From a virus (lineage: Duplodnaviria; Caudoviricetes), in the IMG/VR virus record IMGVR_UViG_3300020439_000007, positions 1 through 52,335 of that record: a DNA stretch of 52,335 nucleotides, one strand, 5' to 3'. A program made the translations under genes and the position numbers. Positions 30,840-37,763 of this stretch are shown here, one piece after another. The notes beneath the pieces were generated by a model. The model saw only the letters and a program-made list of their open reading frames with translations, ran no database searches and had not been told where the DNA came from. How positions within the stretch are numbered: the first letter of the stretch is position 1; every line of letters begins with the position of its first letter.

Positions 30840-33800
30840 ATGCCTAGTTTTGAAATCAACCCTAACGCGAAGAAGGGTTCCGAGAGAGATAAGAAACTCC
30901 AGAATAGAGCAGACGCTGGCGGTGTTGAAGGAAGAACTGCTGCAAAGATGCTGCAAAAGAAAGGTAAAGGACCTTCCCTCCCTGGACGCACTCAAGACAT
31001 GAAAAAAGTGTCTGAAGAGGAAGTCGTACCTGGTATCAAACTTGTTGATGTCATTCTCGGTGAAGAGAAGTGTGGTAAGGGTATGTACTACTGCTACACT
31101 GATAAGAAGTGTAAGAAGATGCCTGAGGGTCTTAAGATGACTGCACGCTTTGGTGGCGGTGGTCATGAACCCCAAGAAGTTGGCATTGACAAACCTGTAG
31201 AAGGTGGTGAAGGTGGCAACGGCGGTAATGGTGGTGGACCTAGTGAATCCGTCTCCATTGAAGATGCTTTTGGTAACAAGTTTATGGAAGTGGTTGATCT
31301 GATCAAACCAGAAGATATTACTGAGAAGTGCTGGAAGGGATATAAGAAAAAAGGAATGAAGACAATGTTTGGTAAGAGATATCCAAACTGCGTCAAAGCA
31401 AATGAAGAAAATGAAACTGTTGATGAAGGTAATCAACCGCAAGCGGGCGACAACGAGAGGAAAATGGCAAAGATGGGAGCAGAGCGTCAGAACGCTGTTG
31501 CCAAACTGATGCAGAGCAAGGAAATGCAAAAGCGTTTTGATGCTGCTATTGATAAGAAGATTAAGAAAGAAAAAGAAGAACAGGCGAAAAGAATGAGAGG
31601 TGAAGAAGTGGAAGTTGATGAAAAGTATCAGGGAATGTATCAGTCTCCTGCTCCCACTCATAATAGATTAAAGAGTAGTGATGAAAAAGCACGTATGTCT
31701 CCTGGTCGTCGTGCAATGGCAAAGTCTGATGAACTTGAAAAGTCTCAACCTGGATCTAAGAGAGCAAAAGCACAGAAGAAGGCATCAATGCAAATGGCAC
31801 GCAACTTCAAGTCTGCTAGAGACACTAAAGAAGAAGTGAATGTTGATGAAGCAGTAAGACTTCAAGCAGAATATGGTAACCTCTTAGCAGTTGTTGTCAT
31901 GTGGAGAGGTAGATCTCTCATGATCAAAATGTTCTTCCCTCAGGCATCCATGCCTAAGAGAGAAGATGTTCAAAGAGAAATTGAAAAAGTCTATCCTGGT
32001 GGTAAGGTAACCCACTTCCATAGAACTGATCTTCCAAGTGAGTATTCTCCCCATAATGCTCCTATTGTAAGAGTACAAAAGGAAGAGGCAGAATGTGCAG
32101 GAACTCCAAAAGGTAAGGACTGTCCCGTTCATGGTCAGAAGTGCTGCCCAAATCTCTCTGAGGAAGAGGTAGATGAGGCAGCGGGAGAGAAGGATGCTTG
32201 CTATCACAAGGTAAAATCACGCTACAGTGTTTGGCCAAGTGCATATGCTTCTGGTGCATTAGTTAAGTGCCGCAAGAAAGGTGCTAAGAACTGGGGCAAC
32301 AAAACCAAGAAAGAAGAGTTTGAGTATGAACTCAATGAAGGTTGGGTAGCAAACACTGCTGCTAAGGCTTTTGTTGAGGAAGGTCTCAATGAAGAGGGTG
32401 TTGCAATTCTCATCGAAGAGATGGGTCTTGAATCCTTTGTTGAGTTTGTTTATGATCTTGGTGAAGATACAATGCTCTCCGAAGCAAGAGCAGGTGGCGT
32501 TAGAGTAGAGCCAGTAACCAAGGGTGGCAAAGCAGTAGGTTCACTCAAAGGTGGTCCTAAAGCAGCAGCAATTAAGAGACTTCGTAAGGAGAAGCAGGCA
32601 AGAAGAGACGCTGAGTCTGGTAGTTCCAAACCATCTGGAATGAAGGCAGCACTCAAGAGTCAGTCCGACAGAGCGAAGGCAGTCAAGAGTGCTAAGAGTC
32701 AGCAACCTAAGAAGAGAGGTCTTCTTGATAAGGTTGCTAAGACAGTCCTTGACGGTATGGATCGTCACAACAAAGCAATGAAAAAAGCGAAGGGTGACAT
32801 CGAAACCACCAAAAAAGTTGCTAAGAAAGCAGGTAAAGCAGCAAAGAGTTTTGGATCTGGATTTGTCTCTGGAGTAAAGACCGCAGGCAAAGTTGCTAAG
32901 GCAGGATATAAAATGGCAACCGAGGAGGAAGACCGCCTGGGAAAGTCTGATTTGGATGAGGCAACCCCTCGTCCAAAAGCGACACAAAGGGGTAAGATCT
33001 CTAAAGCAGAAGCGCAAAAGCGTCAGGCACGAGCAGATAGAAGAGCGGCAGCACAAGAGCGCCGTGATGATAAAGCAAAGGCAGGTATTGATGCTCTGAT
33101 TGGTTCTGATGCAGACCGTAAAGCAGCTGCGGCAGCAAGAGCAAATCCTGAAGGCCAAAGACAAAAAGCACTAAAGAGAACCATTGCCGATAGAATGGCA
33201 AAGGGTGCAAAAGATAATAAATTAGGTGAAAAGTTAAATCTTAAAAAGGCAGATATGGGAGAAGTCATTGACGACTTCTATGATTCTGATGCTCCTCAAT
33301 TTAAAGGCAAGTCCAAAGAGAAGCGTCGTCAGATGGCAATTGCTGCCAAACTGCAGGCGAATGAAAATCGTTTTGCTTCTCATGGTGGAAAAGATACCGA
33401 TGCTGGGTCTGCTTATGCAAAACCAAGCAAAGGTGGAAACAAGAAAGGTGTTTACACTTTAAAAGGTAAAGACGGCAAACCTTTGTTTGATAAGAATGAA
33501 GCAATTGATCTCAAGAAGAAGTCTTCTGAGAGAAAGTTAAATACTAATCCAGGAGAAAAACCAGAGTCTGCTAAGGAGTATCGTAAGAACTCCGAACCTC
33601 TGAGAAAGCATCGTGAGAAGTTTGGTGACCTTGCTAAAGAAGATTGGCAGTCTGTCAATCGTAAGGACAAGACCGATGGTCTGAGTCAGAAGGCAGTCAA
33701 TGCTTATCGTAAAGAGAACCCAGGTTCTAAACTGAAGACTGCTGTCACCAAGAAACCTTCTGAACTTAAGAAGGGATCCAAAGATGCTAAGCGTAGATCT

Positions 33801-33911
33801 TCATTTTGTTCCAGGATGAAGGGTATGAAGAAGAGACTGACCTCTGCAAAAACTGCAAGAGATCCAGACTCCAGAATCAACAAAGCACTCCGTCGTTGGA
33901 ATTGTAACTGA
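30840..33911 (+). CDS. 1023-aa K/R/E-rich modular protein; putative protease-processed internal head polyprotein
   Basis: Basic modules are separated by acidic linkers ending in [VLI]-x-E (VDE, LNE, LSE, ITE, LDE). Cys-containing modules include KCWKGY...PNCVK, DACYHKVKSRYSVWPSAYASGALVKC, and RRSSFCSRM...RWNC. Confidence 0.8.
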   Translation: MPSFEINPNAKKGSERDKKLQNRADAGGVEGRTAAKMLQKKGKGPSLPGRTQDMKKVSEEEVVPGIKLVDVILGEEKCGKGMYYCYTDKKCKKMPEGLKMTARFGGGGHEPQEVGIDKPVEGGEGGNGGNGGGPSESVSIEDAFGNKFMEVVDLIKPEDITEKCWKGYKKKGMKTMFGKRYPNCVKANEENETVDEGNQPQAGDNERKMAKMGAERQNAVAKLMQSKEMQKRFDAAIDKKIKKEKEEQAKRMRGEEVEVDEKYQGMYQSPAPTHNRLKSSDEKARMSPGRRAMAKSDELEKSQPGSKRAKAQKKASMQMARNFKSARDTKEEVNVDEAVRLQAEYGNLLAVVVMWRGRSLMIKMFFPQASMPKREDVQREIEKVYPGGKVTHFHRTDLPSEYSPHNAPIVRVQKEEAECAGTPKGKDCPVHGQKCCPNLSEEEVDEAAGEKDACYHKVKSRYSVWPSAYASGALVKCRKKGAKNWGNKTKKEEFEYELNEGWVANTAAKAFVEEGLNEEGVAILIEEMGLESFVEFVYDLGEDTMLSEARAGGVRVEPVTKGGKAVGSLKGGPKAAAIKRLRKEKQARRDAESGSSKPSGMKAALKSQSDRAKAVKSAKSQQPKKRGLLDKVAKTVLDGMDRHNKAMKKAKGDIETTKKVAKKAGKAAKSFGSGFVSGVKTAGKVAKAGYKMATEEEDRLGKSDLDEATPRPKATQRGKISKAEAQKRQARADRRAAAQERRDDKAKAGIDALIGSDADRKAAAAARANPEGQRQKALKRTIADRMAKGAKDNKLGEKLNLKKADMGEVIDDFYDSDAPQFKGKSKEKRRQMAIAAKLQANENRFASHGGKDTDAGSAYAKPSKGGNKKGVYTLKGKDGKPLFDKNEAIDLKKKSSERKLNTNPGEKPESAKEYRKNSEPLRKHREKFGDLAKEDWQSVNRKDKTDGLSQKAVNAYRKENPGSKLKTAVTKKPSELKKGSKDAKRRSSFCSRMKGMKKRLTSAKTARDPDSRINKALRRWNCN

Positions 33912-34438
33912 TGAAAACATTTAGAGACTTCATGACAGAGGCAAAGGATGAGACCGAAATTGGTGCTCATACTGGAGAACTGGTGCCTAAGAAAAAAATG
34001 TCTGCTGCAAAGCGACATGAGTTTGAAAAGAAGAGAAGAGAGAACCTAAAGAAAAAACCTGGAGATGCTCCTGGTGACAATAAGTTGATTAATGCACTTA
34101 GAGACAAAGCAAAGAGAGAGGGTAATTATGCTGAAGAGCGAGTCCAAGAGGGGAACAAAAGTGGTGATTCTTCTCTGCGTGACTGGTTTGGCAAGAGTCG
34201 CTCTTCTGATGGCACCCCTGGTTGGGTTCAGTTGGGCGGTAAATACTCAGGAAAACCCTGTGCAAGACAACCTGGACAAAAGACCAAACCCAAGTGTGGT
34301 TCTTCAAAAATGAAGCGCAACCTCTCCAAGAAGGAAGAGGATAGTGCATTCAGAAGAAAGAATCGACAGGATGGTAATCCAGATCGTAAGGGTAAAGCAA
34401 TTAACGTCGCTACTGAAAAGAAGAGGAAGAAAAAATGA
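33911..34438 (+). CDS. basic protein with a T4-like capsid-targeting N-terminus (MKTFRDFMTE); putative internal protein
   Basis: TGATG coupling to the upstream gene. N-terminus resembles the T4 IP signal MKTYQEFIAE. Second module SLRDWF...WVQLGG...CARQ...PKC. Confidence 0.8.
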   Translation: MKTFRDFMTEAKDETEIGAHTGELVPKKKMSAAKRHEFEKKRRENLKKKPGDAPGDNKLINALRDKAKREGNYAEERVQEGNKSGDSSLRDWFGKSRSSDGTPGWVQLGGKYSGKPCARQPGQKTKPKCGSSKMKRNLSKKEEDSAFRRKNRQDGNPDRKGKAINVATEKKRKKK

Positions 34439-35055
34439 AGACTTTTAGAGAGTTTATGTACGAAGAGGATAACTTCGGACAAGCTAAAAAAGTAATGCGT
34501 AAGCATAGTGACAGATTAAAAAAACTCCATCGTCAAATTGACAAAGGAAGTGGCAGTGGAGAAGACGTTAATGAAGACAAGAGAGAAGAGAAAGCAAGAA
34601 GATCTGAATTAGCAAAGAAACATGGAATTGACATGACTAAGCCTGGAGCACGGGCAAAGTTAACACGTCTAATGAAGGCAGATACCATCTCTAAAAAGAG
34701 AAAGGAAAGTGGTGATGTTAGAACTGATAAAGAAGTAAGAAAAGACAACGCTGCCAATAGAAAGGCAATTGATGCCACCAGACAACAGTTAGGGCAGTCT
34801 AAAACTAAAAAGGGGACTGAGAGGAGAAGACAAGTTGATAAAAAGTTGGATAACTTCAGAAAAGAACTCAGAAGTTCCGATAAACCTGCTGAAGCACCAC
34901 CAACTAGACAAAAGGTTAGAGTACAAGTTGGTACAAAAGTAGATAAACCTGCTGAAGGACCAAAGACTGGTAGAAACAAACCAACTGCTGCAAAGCGTGC
35001 TGATAGGAAGTCTTATGAGGCACAACAGCGTAGAAACGCCAAGGAGGATTCCTGA
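34435..35055 (+). CDS. basic protein with a T4-like capsid-targeting N-terminus (MKTFREFMYEE); putative internal protein
   Basis: ATGA overlap with the upstream gene. Same N-terminal signal. Very K/R-rich. Confidence 0.8.
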   Translation: MKTFREFMYEEDNFGQAKKVMRKHSDRLKKLHRQIDKGSGSGEDVNEDKREEKARRSELAKKHGIDMTKPGARAKLTRLMKADTISKKRKESGDVRTDKEVRKDNAANRKAIDATRQQLGQSKTKKGTERRRQVDKKLDNFRKELRSSDKPAEAPPTRQKVRVQVGTKVDKPAEGPKTGRNKPTAAKRADRKSYEAQQRRNAKEDS

Positions 35056-35330
35056 TGCAAGTAGTAAAACTTTTAGGTGAATCAACACAGGTAAATGCAG
35101 GGTCTGGGTCATCAGTACCAAGTATCGATGGTATTGGTGCTCAATATGTAATGATTCAACACAGTCACTCTTCTGATCGTTTAGTAGAAATAAGAACTGG
35201 TGCAGGCGTCACGACAGGATCTATGCATATGACAGGTAAAGATCCTGTTATTATTCATAAAGAGAGAACAGATTTAGTTTATTCTACTGCCAGTGACGTA
35301 TATGCTACTTCAGTAGTGTATCAAGGATAA
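35055..35330 (+). CDS. small hypothetical protein (91 aa), probably beta-rich
   Basis: TGATG coupling. Weak resemblance to the next ORF. Confidence 0.75.
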   Translation: MQVVKLLGESTQVNAGSGSSVPSIDGIGAQYVMIQHSHSSDRLVEIRTGAGVTTGSMHMTGKDPVIIHKERTDLVYSTASDVYATSVVYQG

Positions 35331-35333
35331 ATA
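35328..35333 (+). promoter_or_regulatory. late promoter core TAAATA
   Basis: GATAAATAA overlaps the stop at 35330, upstream of ATG 35353. Confidence 0.5.
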
Positions 35334-35352
35334 AAAATAAAACTATAGAACA

Positions 35353-35610
35353 ATGAAGATCTTAGGAGATGCCACTGCATTAGCAACAGGCACAACAAAA
35401 TTTACATCAGCAACTGCGGTATGGGTGTCTAATACTGATACCAGCGCATCTACTGTGACTCTTCGTAACGCTGCTGATGACGCCAATCTCGGATCTATAA
35501 GTGTCCCTGCATCAAGTGGAGTTTTAATTCATTTGATTGCTGGTCAAGGTTTGAGAGGAGCAGCAACTCTTTTAGGAACACAAGTTGGTGGGTCTGAAAC
35601 TGGACTTTGA
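35353..35610 (+). CDS. small hypothetical protein (85 aa), possibly virion-associated
   Basis: A/T/G-rich small ORF with a late promoter, directly before gp17. Confidence 0.75.
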   Translation: MKILGDATALATGTTKFTSATAVWVSNTDTSASTVTLRNAADDANLGSISVPASSGVLIHLIAGQGLRGAATLLGTQVGGSETGL

Positions 35611-35629
35611 ATACTTAATTAATTGAATT

Positions 35630-37276
35630 ATGGCTGTTGATCATTATCTTGGTAATCCCCTTCTAAAAAAAGCAAATACAACTCAAGAATTTACAGAAGA
35701 ACAAGTTCTTGAGTTTGCAAAGTGTATTGATGATCCAGTCTACTTTGCAATGAACTATATCCAGATTGTTACTCTGGATTATGGTCTGCAAAATTTCAAA
35801 CCATATGAATTCCAAAAGGTTATGTTGGATCGATTCCATCATAACCGATTTAACATATGTAAACTACCCCGACAGTCTGGTAAGTCAACGATTGTTGTGT
35901 CTTACCTTCTTCACTATGCAATCTTTAACGACAACGTAAATATTGCAATCCTTGCTAACAAGGCGTCTACTGCTAAAGACCTGTTAGATAGATTGCAGAC
36001 TGCATATGAGAATTTACCTCGCTGGTTACAGCAGGGTGTTTTGACCTGGAACAAAGCATCTCTTGAATTAGAGAACGGGTCAAAGATTATTGCTGCATCA
36101 ACATCAGCATCTGCTGTTCGTGGTGGATCTTATAACATCATCTTCCTGGACGAATTTGCGTTCGTTGCAAATCACATCGCTGATCAATTCTTCAGTTCAG
36201 TATATCCTACAATTTCATCTGGTAAAAATACCAAAGTTATTATCGTGAGCACGCCTCACGGTATGAATCACTTCTATAAACTCTGGCATGATGCAGAGCG
36301 AGAGAAGAACGAATATATTCCGACAGAAGTTCACTGGAGTGATGTTCCAGGTAGAGATGAGAAGTGGAAGAAGCAGACGATTGCAAACACTTCTGAGCAA
36401 CAGTTCAAAGTTGAGTTTGAGTGTGAATTTCTCGGATCTGTTGACACTCTGATTGCTCCAAGCAAATTAAGAACGATGGTTTATGAACAACCATCAATAT
36501 CACACCAAGGATTAGATGTATTTACGGATGTAATACCTGATCACAATTATGTAATCTCTGTTGACGTTGCAAGAGGAGTCGGTGGTGACTACTCTGCATT
36601 TACTGTTATTGACATCACATCATTTCCACACCAATTAGTATGTAAGTATAGAAATAATGAAATCAAACCGATGCTATTCCCCAGCATCATTAAAGAAGTA
36701 GCGGATAATTATAATAAAGCATATGTATTATGTGAAGTCAATGATGTTGGAGATCAGGTTGCTGCAATTCTAAACTTTGACTTAGAATATGAAAATGTTC
36801 TGATGTGTTCTATGAGAGGCAGAGCGGGACAGATTGTTGGTCAAGGATTCTCTGGTAAGAAGACACAACTTGGTGTCAAGATGTCTAAGACTGTTAAGAA
36901 GGTTGGATGCTTGAACCTTAAGACTTTGATTGAAGAAGATAAGTTGATCTTCAAGGACTATGATGTCATTGCAGAACTTACTACATTCATTCAAAAGCAC
37001 AATTCATTTGAGGCAGAAGATGGATGTAATGATGACTTAGCAATGTGTTTGGTTATCTATGCCTGGTTAGTTCAGCAAGATTACTTTAAAGAATTAACTG
37101 ATCAGGATGTTCGTAAGAGATTATATGAAGAGCAGAAAAATCAAATAGAACAAGACATGGCACCATTTGGTTTTATTGAAGATGGTTTAGATTCAACTTC
37201 ATTTGTAGATGCAGATGGTGATCGTTGGCATACTGATGAGTATGGCGATATGTCTTACATGTGGGATTATAGATAA
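35630..37276 (+). CDS. gp17: terminase large subunit gp17
   Basis: YLGNPLLKKAN, Walker A PRQSGKST, Walker B IIFLDEFAFV, nuclease motifs SVDVARGVGGDYS and DDLAMCL. Confidence 0.98.
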   Translation: MAVDHYLGNPLLKKANTTQEFTEEQVLEFAKCIDDPVYFAMNYIQIVTLDYGLQNFKPYEFQKVMLDRFHHNRFNICKLPRQSGKSTIVVSYLLHYAIFNDNVNIAILANKASTAKDLLDRLQTAYENLPRWLQQGVLTWNKASLELENGSKIIAASTSASAVRGGSYNIIFLDEFAFVANHIADQFFSSVYPTISSGKNTKVIIVSTPHGMNHFYKLWHDAEREKNEYIPTEVHWSDVPGRDEKWKKQTIANTSEQQFKVEFECEFLGSVDTLIAPSKLRTMVYEQPSISHQGLDVFTDVIPDHNYVISVDVARGVGGDYSAFTVIDITSFPHQLVCKYRNNEIKPMLFPSIIKEVADNYNKAYVLCEVNDVGDQVAAILNFDLEYENVLMCSMRGRAGQIVGQGFSGKKTQLGVKMSKTVKKVGCLNLKTLIEEDKLIFKDYDVIAELTTFIQKHNSFEAEDGCNDDLAMCLVIYAWLVQQDYFKELTDQDVRKRLYEEQKNQIEQDMAPFGFIEDGLDSTSFVDADGDRWHTDEYGDMSYMWDYR

Positions 37277-37470
37277 TGGATACCAAACGTCAGGTTATAA
37301 ACCTAATAAAGATTGTCATTCTATTCCAGTTAGGAATAGTTGGCGTAACTATAGTAGGATGCTTCCTTCCCATGGTCAATAAATGTGACTCTGACACTAA
37401 ACAGCACATTGCTAATATGATGACAGTTATTACAACATCAACGTTTGCATTGTATGCAGCAGAAAAATAA
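37276..37470 (+). CDS. small putative membrane protein (64 aa)
   Basis: TAATG coupling on both sides. Hydrophobic segments IVILFQLGIVGVTIVGCFL and IANMMTVITTSTFALYAA. Confidence 0.65.
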   Translation: MDTKRQVINLIKIVILFQLGIVGVTIVGCFLPMVNKCDSDTKQHIANMMTVITTSTFALYAAEK

Positions 37471-37682
37471 TGGACTTAGATGATCAGGTAAAATTTGGTC
37501 ATCTACTTCTACATGATAGGAAGTGTAGAACTTGTGGTGAGAGAAAGAATCTTATAGAAGGATTTTACAGAACCAGAAAGGATCGAGGGGCGATTCCCTC
37601 ATCATTCTCATATGAATGCAAAGAGTGTACAAAAAAGAGAGTCAAGAAGTCTTCAAATGCTTGGGAGTACCCAGATTGGTAG
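37470..37682 (+). CDS. small Zn-ribbon protein (CRTC...CKEC, 70 aa)
   Basis: Two CxxC pairs with an intervening FY motif. Ends in WEYPDW. Coupled start. Confidence 0.75.
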   Translation: MDLDDQVKFGHLLLHDRKCRTCGERKNLIEGFYRTRKDRGAIPSSFSYECKECTKKRVKKSSNAWEYPDW

Positions 37683-37719
37683 TTCACGCTGAAATTCCCC
37701 GCGTAAATGCCCTTTTTCC

Positions 37720-37725
37720 TAAATA
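37720..37725 (+). promoter_or_regulatory. late promoter core TAAATA upstream of gp18
   Basis: Intergenic CTAAATAT. AGGAG RBS at about 37750. Confidence 0.65.
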
Positions 37726-37763
37726 TTTTCAGATAAACTGAGACTTACAAGGAGACAGAATCC

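Noticed and set aside
30794-35121. Many minus-strand ORFs in the gp16-gp17 island
   Set aside because: Phe/Leu/Ser-rich shadows of K/E-rich plus-strand genes, which are tightly coupled and fill the region.
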